64,000 bases of DNA, from NCBI GenBank assembly GCA_964518635.1, contig CAZFGK010000003.1:30338-94337 (forward strand), in the 5' to 3' direction. How positions within the stretch are numbered: position 1 is the stretch's first letter; each line of letters opens with the position of its first letter. Below the pieces are notes generated by a model, which was not told the DNA's origin, made no database searches, and saw only the letters and a program-made list of their open reading frames with translations. The DNA is from an uncultured Ignavibacteriales bacterium. Its GTDB lineage: Bacteria > Zixibacteria > MSB-5A5 > GN15 > FEB-12. A program made the position numbers and the translations under genes. Below, piece by piece: positions 36,228-45,660 of the stretch.

Positions 36228-36977
36228 TTGGAAACATCGGCAGGTACTGTGAAAGCTCAATGGGGAATCCTCTTTTCTGTCGCTCTGGCGGCATTGATCT
36301 TTAGAATCACTGATTCGGGAGGATCAGAGAACCGTTCGCAATCGGTTGGCTATTGGCTCTGGGCTGGAATCACGCCGGATCTCGCACCACCCAACTCAGA
36401 ATTATATGTGCTTCAGGGTCATTTTCTCGCAAACGATCAGCACTTTATTTTTGAGCATCTGGGAGTATATCCCCATCCAATAAATTGTAGCCGATTAATC
36501 TTGGTCTACCGATTCGAAGGAGCATTGGTCGATCCTCAGGTAGTGGATTCGACTTACCGACGAGATTACCTTCGATGGGCAAAGCATGGAATAAAAGTGT
36601 CAGGATTACAAATAGACTTCGATTGCCCGACGAACCGAATAAGGGAGTATACCGAATACCTCCGTACTCTTTCTGCGATACTACCTGATCAATGTTTTCT
36701 CAGCTCGACGGCTCTCGGCGACTGGGCTTTATCCGGGAATCCCGAAGCACTTACAGAACTGGCGAAAAGCGTTGATGAGCTTGTCTTTCAACTCTATCAT
36801 GGTAACAGTTATGTTGAGCAACTCAAGGAGATATCAGTTCGACTCCCTGGAATCGGCTCGCCATTTCGAATCGGACTTCTCAGCAACGTCAACGCACCTC
36901 CAGAAGTTCAACAGCTAAAGCAATCCTCCAACTGTGTTGGAATTCTCTACTTTGTTTCAAAAGGGGTACACGAATGA
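36228..36977 (+). CDS. Signal-anchored hypothetical protein (possibly DUF3142-like, unverified)
   Basis: 249 aa, TTG start (alternative GTG at 36249). Hydrophobic N-terminus WGILFSVALAALIF. YWLWAG...LYVLQG...GLQIDFDCP resembles DUF3142 from memory only. Confidence 0.45.
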   Translation: METSAGTVKAQWGILFSVALAALIFRITDSGGSENRSQSVGYWLWAGITPDLAPPNSELYVLQGHFLANDQHFIFEHLGVYPHPINCSRLILVYRFEGALVDPQVVDSTYRRDYLRWAKHGIKVSGLQIDFDCPTNRIREYTEYLRTLSAILPDQCFLSSTALGDWALSGNPEALTELAKSVDELVFQLYHGNSYVEQLKEISVRLPGIGSPFRIGLLSNVNAPPEVQQLKQSSNCVGILYFVSKGVHE

Positions 36978-38974
36978 AGTTCATGATATCTTCTGCACTA
37001 CTTCTTGTTGTTTCTATGGCTTGTGAGACCAGAGCGTGCTATCCGATTTTTCGTCCGCTTTTTCCACAACCGAGATACATCGACATTGAGTTTACTGACG
37101 AGAGCGAGCATCAGTACGGCCATCGAGAAATGGCTGAAATCCTATGGAATAGTTACCTAGCTTTACTGCCGATGGATCTTCCGCCAAGCGATTCGGCTGC
37201 AAGACGAATAAGCGATAGCACAGAGCATGACGCATATCAGTCGTATCTCCGCGCGTCACAAATGTTTCACAGTGCGAACACTGACTCGGCGTTGATTATT
37301 TATGAGCATCTTCGAGATAGCCTGGGCAAGAAGCAGAAAAAGTACAAGAAGTCACCCAGGAACGATCACTATTCATGGGTTCATGAAGCATCAACTTACA
37401 TGATCGCCCGCTGCAACCTCATCGCTGCTCAGAAAGACCTTCATGGATATGAATTTCAATATCCAAAAGGGTTTCCAGTCAGTAAGGTGGATCATGCACG
37501 CTTATCTGAAGCTGACTCAGCATTTCAGCGATACTTGAGTGAGTACCCTCAAGGTTACTACTCCCGTTCAGCGAGTGATCTCAACCGTCGCATACTCCTA
37601 CTTTCAGATCGTACCGTTGAACTGAATCAGGCATTGAAACAACGTATGCACTCGCCAAATGTCCATGCCACTCGACGTACACTTCACTCGAACTATCGTT
37701 GGGAGTCTACTCGCAATTCTATCAGGCATATGGTACAAACCGGTCCGAACTCGATGTCATCAGAGCCAATGCTCGAACCAGATTTGAGAGCGGATTTCTT
37801 GTATGAATTCAGGAAACACTTCACTGGTCATATCGACGTCAGCGTGGACCCACCATTGCTCGTTGGATACCGAGCTATTGACACTCAATTGTTAACCGTA
37901 GAAGAGCTTCATGCCATTTCTAAACGTGAAAAAGATTTTCTTTCTTATCCAGGGTTGCTGAAATTTGTCCTTGCAGTCGGGTACTATCGACTTAAGAGCT
38001 ACGACTCTGTACTTGCCGTGTCAGATTCCGTTCCTGACGTTTCGACGATCATGTGGTTAAGCACGCAGCTCCTTCGATCACGGGCTTTTGGTCATACAGG
38101 CAGGTCAGAAAGTCAGATTCAAGTCCTGTACGAAATGTACGAGAGATGTCCCAATGCAACTCTTGCAGTTGAACTTGCAGTCGCTTCATTGAATGCTGGA
38201 CAAGGCTTACGGCTATTCTCAGAAGCTTCACCATTCCTAGCTAAGGCCAGGATAGGAGATCAGTTAGATACCCCACCCTATACGCCAGGTTGCCCATTGA
38301 TGACAGGTGCCGATAATACGCAGATCAGATCATTTGTCACTTTCGGATTCGAGACTGCTGAACTGAAGCAGGCACTTGCAGGTAGTAGGCTTTCGGGAAC
38401 ATTCCGTTCTATGTTCGTTCAAGAGCTGAGTCGTCGCTTAATCCTGCTTGGTCGATATAAAGAATTCCTGATTCTCGGTGAAAAGGAGTCGTTAGGGCCA
38501 CTGGAAGGTGCAAAGAAGTTTGTTCAGGCAGTGGTAAATTCTCCCGGAGAGCCGGCTCCATGGGCAGATCTGGGCGAATATCAATTTCAGATTTCTCTCG
38601 AAGGACGTAACCCAGAAATCGGAGAATTCTTGTCGCCATGGGGTGCAAGCGGGGAAGAAGCTCTACTTCCTCGCTGCACCGTTTGCAGCTTTCCCAAGCA
38701 CCGTTCGGACTCGCTCATACGACCACTGACACTATTTAATAAGGCGATTTCTCTTTCCAGAAAGAAGGGTATCCGATCCGAAGCTGAAGCGAAATCGCTT
38801 CATTACATTGTGATGGGTGGAAGATCCGAGTCGTTCGCACACGAGAGACTTGACTGGAGTTATGTCGACCGATCTGATTCAGCATTTGCGCGAAGCAAAG
38901 CCGCCTTCCAACGACTCCATCGACTCTACAAAGACTCCAAATGGGCGAAGGCGACACCATACTACTACCAGTGA
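36974..38974 (+). CDS. Large exported hypothetical protein, helical/TPR-like
   Basis: 666 aa. 4-nt ATGA overlap with the previous gene. Signal peptide MKFMISSALLLVVSMACE. The C-terminus AFQRLHRLYKDSKWAKATPYYY is reminiscent of YbgF/BamD-type TPR ends. Confidence 0.5.
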   Translation: MKFMISSALLLVVSMACETRACYPIFRPLFPQPRYIDIEFTDESEHQYGHREMAEILWNSYLALLPMDLPPSDSAARRISDSTEHDAYQSYLRASQMFHSANTDSALIIYEHLRDSLGKKQKKYKKSPRNDHYSWVHEASTYMIARCNLIAAQKDLHGYEFQYPKGFPVSKVDHARLSEADSAFQRYLSEYPQGYYSRSASDLNRRILLLSDRTVELNQALKQRMHSPNVHATRRTLHSNYRWESTRNSIRHMVQTGPNSMSSEPMLEPDLRADFLYEFRKHFTGHIDVSVDPPLLVGYRAIDTQLLTVEELHAISKREKDFLSYPGLLKFVLAVGYYRLKSYDSVLAVSDSVPDVSTIMWLSTQLLRSRAFGHTGRSESQIQVLYEMYERCPNATLAVELAVASLNAGQGLRLFSEASPFLAKARIGDQLDTPPYTPGCPLMTGADNTQIRSFVTFGFETAELKQALAGSRLSGTFRSMFVQELSRRLILLGRYKEFLILGEKESLGPLEGAKKFVQAVVNSPGEPAPWADLGEYQFQISLEGRNPEIGEFLSPWGASGEEALLPRCTVCSFPKHRSDSLIRPLTLFNKAISLSRKKGIRSEAEAKSLHYIVMGGRSESFAHERLDWSYVDRSDSAFARSKAAFQRLHRLYKDSKWAKATPYYYQ

Positions 38975-39000
38975 GAGTACCTGATACACATCACTGGTAG
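38965..39000. terminator. Hairpin between convergent genes
   Basis: ctaccagtga and tcactggtag form perfect 10-bp arms around a 16-nt loop. The first arm overlaps the TGA stop of the 666-aa gene. Confidence 0.45.
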
Positions 39001-39026
39001 TTCGATTTCTTGAGAACTGTTCGCCT

Positions 39027-39398
39027 CTATTTCTTCGGCTTCATTTCATAGAGAAGTTTGAAACCGGCGTAGATCATTCGTTTCATGTCAGCAGGGGACT
39101 TCTTCTTTGACATTGCAAGTAGTCGCGGATCGGTCATCATCTTTTTCATGATGCTGTTGCGGGTTGCCTTTGATGAATAGTGGATGTAAGAAAAAATCAC
39201 TACTTCCGATTTCTTCAATCCAACTGACTTCCCCAATGAAGCGAGAGTCTTCGGGTCGACCGCATCCTGCACAAACTCGCGATAGGCAAGCGCACCATAG
39301 TCCTTCGCCACTTTGCCAAACTCGCTGGCGAGTTTGCGATATGCACTCAATTTCCCTTTCGGGACTGCGAGCAGAAAAAAGTCTGTGTAGATTGCCAT
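39027..39398 (-). CDS. DUF1428 (YbaA-like) family protein
   Basis: 123 aa. FFLLAVPKGKLSAYRKLA...VVIFSYIHYSSKATRNSIMKKMMTDPR...KRMIYAGF matches the DUF1428 pattern. Confidence 0.7.
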   Translation of the reverse strand: MAIYTDFFLLAVPKGKLSAYRKLASEFGKVAKDYGALAYREFVQDAVDPKTLASLGKSVGLKKSEVVIFSYIHYSSKATRNSIMKKMMTDPRLLAMSKKKSPADMKRMIYAGFKLLYEMKPKK

Positions 39399-39517
39399 CT
39401 GTAAGTTCTCCTTTTAAGAGAGATAACGATCTGGCTGGAAAAATGTCAATCATATCAACGCCCCCGTATATTCCTATCCGAGGGCATTTCCGAATCAAAG
39501 CGTAAATGAAAAGGATG

Positions 39518-41137
39518 CTAGTGAGTTGTCGCGGCTGCTCCGTTTCTTAGTCCCGCCAACTCCTGAAGCAGATGCCAGTAGCGCAGACGGTCATCCTGTG
39601 AGAGCAGGAGCGCATCTGAGGGATTTCCATCCGCATTAAACTGCTTCGAGAACCGTCCTTCACCACGCGCGAACCAGACAAAGTCCTGCTTCTCTCCGGT
39701 TTTGGAATCGACATGCCAGTCCTTGTCGCTGGACGGATTCCCAGCAAGACTGAGTCGTTCCCGGAATGTTGCGCCACCACGCGGATCATGCACGAAAAGC
39801 GGAAAGGCGCGGCTGTTGACCGCTGCAAATCCGCGCTCGTAACTCATGTTGTCGGCAATCTGATGTTCCGGTGTGCAGGCAGAATAGGCGATGATCACCG
39901 ATGGTCCCGGAAATTCAAGGGCGCCAATCACTGCCTTGAAAAAGTGCGTGTAATACGAAGGCGAAACCTGTGCGACGAAGACATTCGGATGGTTCATGGC
40001 AAGCAGTCCCAGCTCTTTGCGCCGGTCAATTTTTCCAGGCAATTCAGAGCCATGCACACTCATCTTTGCATTCTGTCCGAGGAATGTCGCGGTCGAGGCC
40101 TGCCCGCCGGTGTTAGAATAGGATTGCGTGTCGAGGACCAGCACATTGATATCCATGCTGGTGGTGAGCATGCGAGAGAGTGACTGGAAGCCGATGTCAT
40201 ACATCGCGCCATCACCACCGATCACCCAGATCTTGGTCGAATCTTTTTTGTTCTGATCAAGACGCATCCGCACCCCCATCGCCATCGCGGGGGCATTTTC
40301 AAAGAGGGAATTTGTCCACGGGACATCAAAGATGTTGTACGGGTAGGTCGCACTGTAGACCGAGTTGCAGCCAGTCGAGGCAACGATGGCGATATCTTTA
40401 CCGTATTTTACTGAGGTCGCAGTCAACGCCATGTTGATCGCCGAGACCTCTCCGCATCCGGCACAGGAGCCGGAGCCCCCCTGACAAACCCAGCACTGCT
40501 CTTTCAAATAGAGGTCGGTGATTCGCTTTTCATTGATATGTTCATCACGCGTCGGCGGCAATGATTCCCGCATGAAGGTCATCTGATCGGAATAGCGTTT
40601 CATCTGTTCCGGCTCTTTGTGGATCATCTTGAGTGCGCTACGTGAGCCGCAGACTTCAACACAGACTCCGCATCCCTTACACCGATCCGGATCGATCCAG
40701 AGTGAGAAGTAGGCTGGAGTCTCCCCTTTGCTTTCGAAGGCATTCCAGAGTTTGCGGGTCTTGAGGAAATTGGCCTGCAACTGCCGACGTGTTTCTTCAT
40801 CCTCGATCTTGCTCAGACTCTCATCCAACTTGTCGGGTGTAACCGCACGTGTTCGAATCGCGACATCAGGACAGAGTATCACACACTCCATGCAGGCAAC
40901 GCAGGAGGCCGCAAAGAATTCCGGAATCTCCGGCGAGATCGCAGCGAAACTCCGCTCTTTGGCGGTGGACGGGGGCATCAGTGAACGGGCTGATCGTTCA
41001 TCAGCAACAATGCCGTGATCTTCATTACCGGTAAGGTATTGTTCCAAAATGGTGTTCTTGAAATCATGCAGATCGCGCGAACGCAGATCGGTCATCTGGC
41101 TGCTGTTCCGCTCGGGTATATTTTTATCTCCAGGCAT
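39518..41137 (-). CDS. 2-oxoacid (pyruvate-type):ferredoxin oxidoreductase, delta(ferredoxin)-beta(TPP) fusion subunit
   Basis: CVACMECVILCPDVAI and CKGCGVCVEVCGS (2x[4Fe-4S]), then TPP-binding GGDGAMYDIGFQSLSRM and cluster Cys GSGSCAGCGE. Confidence 0.85.
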   Translation of the reverse strand: MPGDKNIPERNSSQMTDLRSRDLHDFKNTILEQYLTGNEDHGIVADERSARSLMPPSTAKERSFAAISPEIPEFFAASCVACMECVILCPDVAIRTRAVTPDKLDESLSKIEDEETRRQLQANFLKTRKLWNAFESKGETPAYFSLWIDPDRCKGCGVCVEVCGSRSALKMIHKEPEQMKRYSDQMTFMRESLPPTRDEHINEKRITDLYLKEQCWVCQGGSGSCAGCGEVSAINMALTATSVKYGKDIAIVASTGCNSVYSATYPYNIFDVPWTNSLFENAPAMAMGVRMRLDQNKKDSTKIWVIGGDGAMYDIGFQSLSRMLTTSMDINVLVLDTQSYSNTGGQASTATFLGQNAKMSVHGSELPGKIDRRKELGLLAMNHPNVFVAQVSPSYYTHFFKAVIGALEFPGPSVIIAYSACTPEHQIADNMSYERGFAAVNSRAFPLFVHDPRGGATFRERLSLAGNPSSDKDWHVDSKTGEKQDFVWFARGEGRFSKQFNADGNPSDALLLSQDDRLRYWHLLQELAGLRNGAAATTH

Positions 41138-43091
41138 CTTGCATACTCTCCTGATACATTGGTGTAACCGAAATCACATCGTGGAATCCGCGACGAATAC
41201 AGGTCATGTTATCTTCTATCGCCTTTGATCCACGTTTTCCAAAGGTCTTTGTCAGAATTCTCTCCATACCCCCGAGCAGATCATCTTCGTTCAGGCCACG
41301 GATTCGTGCCAGTGGAGTAACCCGCAAAAAGACTCCAAGTAGTACAATCCCCTGCATGCGATTGATCAGTTCTCCCGATCGTGCTACAGTCCGGGCGATT
41401 GACATGGCATCGAGCCCATAGAGGCGATAACCGTTGGTGCGAATGATCTCTTTATATTTTTCCGGCAACTCTGCCCAGATATCCTCGGCAAGGGCGTGCT
41501 GAGTTTGCAGGAAGATTCCGCCAGCCGGACTGAGTCCATTAAGAGGATTCCCGCGGAGAAAGACATTCACATCATTGATCGCGACAAAATCGACATCTTT
41601 GAGTTCCTGATGCGTCTCGATATGTGACGGTCCTGCCGCCATGAAGTACATCGTCGGCATCCCTTTTTTCTCCGCACCATACTTCGGATAGGCCTGCACA
41701 CTCATGTTGAAAAGCTCGGAGCAGACTGATGCAATCACCCGATTGGTGGCAATCGAACCAAACCCACCGATTGAGTAGCCGCGCATGGCGAAGGAGTCCT
41801 TTGATCGCGTATCGATTTCAGGATCACTGCACTGAAGGGTGTCGGGGTGGTCGATCCCCAGACAAAAACGAAGTTTCCCGCTTTTTCCTTTTGCCAGATT
41901 CTCTACGATTGCCTGCATGTCATGGACGCGAACATCATAGCTGCCAAGTCCTCCTGCCCCATGCTGAATCACCGGCATGTGCGAGGTCTTTGTGAAATCG
42001 GGATGCCCCCAGAGGGCATCAGCAAAGGCCGCTTTGATTTCCCGTGCCAGCGGATTTTCAGGGGCGTTGGAGTCATCCATCCGCTCAAGAACTGAAATCG
42101 CTTTGACATTTTTCAATGCCTCAACCAGTTCCGGTCCGGGGAAGGGACGATAGGAGGTGATATTCACAACTCCGACTTTGATCCCCTTCTTCTCACGCAG
42201 GGCGCGTACAGCAGCGCGAGCGGTCTCCATATAGGAGCCCATCCCGACGATGGCATACTCGGCATCTTCCATCTGGAAAGTATCGATAAAATCGTAGTGC
42301 CTTCCGGTCAGCTTCGTGAACTCGGCGAAGACCTTTTTGAGATTTGCTTTGATTGGTGCGTAGAAAGCTCGTCCGGCGATCTTCCCCCGCATGTAGGCAT
42401 CCTGATTTTGCACTACTCCGCTCATAACCGGATGACTTGGATCAATCAGATTGACCAGAGCTTCAGCAGGAGGTCTCAGAAATGATTTGATCAACTCAGC
42501 TTCGGGTCGGCGAACATCTTCGACCGTATGAGTGGTAAGAAAGCCATCCTGGATATTGAAGAACGGGGTATAGGAATCTTCTGCCACACGACGAGATATC
42601 AAACAGAGATCCCCGGCTTCCTGTGCGTTACGCGCGAAGAGCATCCCCCAGCCGCAATCGGCGACCCCCATGATGTCATCATGTCCGGCATGCACATTCA
42701 GCGCGTGAACCGTCATCGCGCGAGCACCAATATTGAAAACTACGGGGAGGCGTTTCCCTCCGATGGTATAGAGCACCTCTTTCATCAGGATTAGCCCCTG
42801 CCCTGAAGTAAAGTTGGTCACCCGTCCGCCGGAGGCGGCATACCCTTCGCAGACTGTTGCGGCGGAATGCTCACTCTCTGGTTCGAGAAAGACAAGCTTC
42901 TCCCCCCATAAGTTTGACTTACCGTCTGCGACTGCTTGTTGAAATCCTGCTCCCATGTTACTGGATGGGGTGATGGGATAGCTCGATGCACCTGAGCAGG
43001 CGTTGATTTCGATCCAGACGACAGCCTCGCTGCCGTCCATCGTGGTGAGTTCACCGGGGAAAGGAATTGATCTTGACTGCATATCATTCAT
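41124..43091 (-). CDS. 2-oxoacid (pyruvate-type):ferredoxin oxidoreductase, alpha-gamma fusion subunit
   Basis: N-terminal alpha domain: YPITPSS...ESEHSAATVCEGYAASGGRVTNFTSGQGL. C-terminal gamma domain: GGFGSIATNRVIA...YGAEKKG. Confidence 0.85.
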   Translation of the reverse strand: MNDMQSRSIPFPGELTTMDGSEAVVWIEINACSGASSYPITPSSNMGAGFQQAVADGKSNLWGEKLVFLEPESEHSAATVCEGYAASGGRVTNFTSGQGLILMKEVLYTIGGKRLPVVFNIGARAMTVHALNVHAGHDDIMGVADCGWGMLFARNAQEAGDLCLISRRVAEDSYTPFFNIQDGFLTTHTVEDVRRPEAELIKSFLRPPAEALVNLIDPSHPVMSGVVQNQDAYMRGKIAGRAFYAPIKANLKKVFAEFTKLTGRHYDFIDTFQMEDAEYAIVGMGSYMETARAAVRALREKKGIKVGVVNITSYRPFPGPELVEALKNVKAISVLERMDDSNAPENPLAREIKAAFADALWGHPDFTKTSHMPVIQHGAGGLGSYDVRVHDMQAIVENLAKGKSGKLRFCLGIDHPDTLQCSDPEIDTRSKDSFAMRGYSIGGFGSIATNRVIASVCSELFNMSVQAYPKYGAEKKGMPTMYFMAAGPSHIETHQELKDVDFVAINDVNVFLRGNPLNGLSPAGGIFLQTQHALAEDIWAELPEKYKEIIRTNGYRLYGLDAMSIARTVARSGELINRMQGIVLLGVFLRVTPLARIRGLNEDDLLGGMERILTKTFGKRGSKAIEDNMTCIRRGFHDVISVTPMYQESMQDAWR

Positions 43092-43116
43092 TCTTTCTGT
43101 ATCGACGAGTAGCGTG

Positions 43117-43137
43117 TGGAATAATAATGCAACTTTT
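43117..43137 (+). promoter_or_regulatory. Motif pair 1 in the divergent control region: TGGAATAATAAT-g-CAACTTTT
   Basis: The 12-mer recurs exactly, inverted, at 43295-43306. The 8-mer recurs inverted at 43311-43318. Confidence 0.4.
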
Positions 43138-43199
43138 GCGAATGCGAAGAGTTTCGATCAGGAAATGAATATAATTCTGGAGTTTTTTTAATCACACAG

Positions 43200-43229
43200 T
43201 TGAAGTATGCATTTTCTGCTATCTATACT
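43200..43229 (+). promoter_or_regulatory. Candidate sigma70-like promoter TTGAAG-N18-TATACT for the ferredoxin-kor-nuo block
   Basis: Hexamers read by eye in the AT-rich spacer. The promoter consensus of this lineage is unknown. Confidence 0.2.
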
Positions 43230-43294
43230 CTGTGGTAATGATTGGGCAATTAGTGGTAAACAGAGTGAAAGAAATACATACCAATAGATATTCG

Positions 43295-43318
43295 ATTATT
43301 ATTCCATGCGAAAAGTTG
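43295..43318 (+). promoter_or_regulatory. Motif pair 2: ATTATTATTCCA-tgcg-AAAAGTTG (inverted copies of pair 1)
   Basis: Exact reverse complements of the 12-mer and the 8-mer at 43117-43137. Confidence 0.4.
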
Positions 43319-43458
43319 TTTTCATGTGAGTGAAATCAATGGCGTGTCGATGAAAATGTATTATACATAAGGTGTGTGTCAGAACTGACCACGCAGTGAT
43401 CTGATTCGATCTCACTCGCAAGGTGTGAGTGACGAATCGTCAGAAAAGGAGAGAGATC

Positions 43459-43746
43459 ATGGCTTATATCATCACCAGCGACTGTAACCTCTGTGACAAA
43501 TGTGTGGAACCCTGTCCGAATGAAGCGATTTCTGCCGGAGCTGATATTTATGTCATTGATCCGGCGAAATGCACGGAATGTGTTGGTTTCTATGACACGC
43601 CGCAGTGTGCGGATGTTTGTCCGGTAGATAGTTGTATCACCGATCCGGACCGGAAAGAGGCAGAGCCGATTCTCCTGGCACGGGCTAAGATGCTACATCC
43701 GAATAAGAACATCCCGGATAACTATCCTTCACATTTCAGACGCTAA
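43459..43746 (+). CDS. yfhL: YfhL-type 2x[4Fe-4S] ferredoxin
   Basis: Start at ATG 43459 (AAGGAGAG upstream). MAYIITSDCNLCDKCVEPCPNEAIS...IDPAKCTECVGFYDTPQCADVCPV aligns residue for residue with the E. coli YfhL pattern. Confidence 0.85.
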   Translation: MAYIITSDCNLCDKCVEPCPNEAISAGADIYVIDPAKCTECVGFYDTPQCADVCPVDSCITDPDRKEAEPILLARAKMLHPNKNIPDNYPSHFRR

Positions 43747-43758
43747 GGGTGGGAGTGT

Positions 43759-45660
43759 ATGCAATCCTCAAAGGAGACGAACACAACACTTGCCTCGTCG
43801 ATAAAATCTCTGAAGGAACGTCGTCCTCAACCCAGTGAACGTGATATCACGACCATTCGTTTTGCCGGCGACTCCGGAGACGGAATTCAACTGCTCGGTA
43901 CCCGCTTTGCCAATGCTTCGGCAATGTTCGGCGATGATGTGATGACACTCGCTGAGTATCCGGCGGAGATCCGCGCCCCTGCCGGAACTGTCGCCGGTGT
44001 TTCCGGATTTCAGGTCAACATCGGTCCGCAAAACGTTTATACCGCCGGTGATCTTGTTGATGTGCTGGTGGTGATGAACCCCGCCGCACTGCAGGCAAAT
44101 CTGAATACGCTGCGCCCCGGCGGGATGATTATCGCCAACGAAGATGCTTTTACCGAAAAGAATCTGGAAAAGGCCGGATACAGCGAGAATCCACTGAAGA
44201 ACGGCGTTGTATCCGATTTTAAAGTCTATTCGATTCGCATTTCGCATCTCACTGGTGCTGCACTGGAACCGCTCAATCCCCCTCGTACACAGGTCGAACG
44301 ATCAAAGAATTTCTTCGCCCTTGGGCTGGTTTGCTGGTTATTCAGTTTACCACTTGAGAATCCACTCGGTTGGATCAATCGTCATTTCGGAAAAGATGAA
44401 AGTGTGCTGAAAGCGAATTCAACCGCTCTCGTCGCGGGCTACAATTTTGGTGACTCTACTGAGCTCTTTACGACCAGCTACATTGTTCAACCAAAACGAA
44501 GTCGCAAGCCAGGGAGCTATCGCTACTTGAACGGCAATTCAGCTCTTTCGTTAGGACTAATCGCGGCGGCACATCAGTCCGGTCTGCGGCTTTTCCTCGG
44601 CAGCTATCCAATCACACCTGCCTCGGATATTCTGCACGAACTGAGCAAACATAAAGAGTTCCCGATTACTACGTTTCAGGCAGAGGATGAGATTGCGGCA
44701 GTGGGAGCAGCAATTGGGGCATCGTTTGCCGGAGCACTCGGTGTGACTACCACTTCCGGTCCGGGGATGTCTCTTAAGACCGAGTTCATTAATCTCGCTG
44801 TAGCCGCTGAGCTACCCCTTGTGATTATTAATGTACAACGTGGTGGCCCATCGACCGGACTTCCAACCAAAATGGAACAGGCCGATCTCTATCAGGCACT
44901 CTGGTCTCGTCATGGGGAATCTCCGGCGGTGGTACTTGCAGCAAGTTCACCGAAAGATTGCTTTGACACTGCCATTGAGGCAGCGCAAATCGCAATCAAG
45001 TACATGACACCCGTCATCATTCTTAGTGACGGCTACATTGCGAACGGTTCAGAGCCGTGGCGTATTCCGGATATAAGTGAACTACCCCACTTCCCTGCCG
45101 AGTTTCTGGAGACTACCGATCGGCTACAGCCGTATAGCCGAAATCCGATTACTCTGGCACGCCCCTGGATCAAACCCGGTACCCCGGGGATGGAACACCG
45201 TATCGGAGGTCTGGAACGACGTGATCTGACTGGTGAAATTGATCTGACGGCTGAGAACCATGAGAAGATGGTTGCCTTCCGCGAAGCGAAAATCCATCGA
45301 GTCAGCAATAACATCCCACGACTCAAAATTGAAGGGGATCCGAACGCGGAACTGCTCATTATCGGTTGGGGAAGTTCGTACGGCGCAATTACACGTGCGG
45401 TACTGAATCAGAATGCCATCGGTCATCCGGTAGCCTCGATTCATCTGAGACACCTGAATCCATTCCCGAAAGATCTGGAAGCGATTCTGGAGCGATTCCC
45501 GAAGCGAGTCATTGCTGAAAACAATCTCGGACAACTCTGGACGAAGATGCGTGCGGAGTATCTCGTTGAACTCAAGAAGTTCAACAAAGTGAAGGGGACC
45601 CCCTTCAGAATCAGCGAAATCGAAGAAATGATCGAGAAAGAGCTTGGGGTGATATCATGA
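43759..45660 (+). CDS. korA: 2-oxoglutarate:ferredoxin (acceptor) oxidoreductase, alpha subunit (gamma-alpha fusion)
   Basis: 633 aa. N-terminal gamma domain: IRFAGDSGDGIQLLG...EYPAEIRAP. Alpha domain: GNSALSLGLIAAA...YPITPASDILHEL...FQAEDEIAAVGAAIGASFAG. Confidence 0.85.
   Translation: MQSSKETNTTLASSIKSLKERRPQPSERDITTIRFAGDSGDGIQLLGTRFANASAMFGDDVMTLAEYPAEIRAPAGTVAGVSGFQVNIGPQNVYTAGDLVDVLVVMNPAALQANLNTLRPGGMIIANEDAFTEKNLEKAGYSENPLKNGVVSDFKVYSIRISHLTGAALEPLNPPRTQVERSKNFFALGLVCWLFSLPLENPLGWINRHFGKDESVLKANSTALVAGYNFGDSTELFTTSYIVQPKRSRKPGSYRYLNGNSALSLGLIAAAHQSGLRLFLGSYPITPASDILHELSKHKEFPITTFQAEDEIAAVGAAIGASFAGALGVTTTSGPGMSLKTEFINLAVAAELPLVIINVQRGGPSTGLPTKMEQADLYQALWSRHGESPAVVLAASSPKDCFDTAIEAAQIAIKYMTPVIILSDGYIANGSEPWRIPDISELPHFPAEFLETTDRLQPYSRNPITLARPWIKPGTPGMEHRIGGLERRDLTGEIDLTAENHEKMVAFREAKIHRVSNNIPRLKIEGDPNAELLIIGWGSSYGAITRAVLNQNAIGHPVASIHLRHLNPFPKDLEAILERFPKRVIAENNLGQLWTKMRAEYLVELKKFNKVKGTPFRISEIEEMIEKELGVIS

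Noticed and set aside
43117-43131. TGGAATAATAATGCA as a sigma-54 -24/-12 element
   Set aside because: The GG-to-GC spacing is one nucleotide short of the strict consensus, and the second copy lacks the GC.
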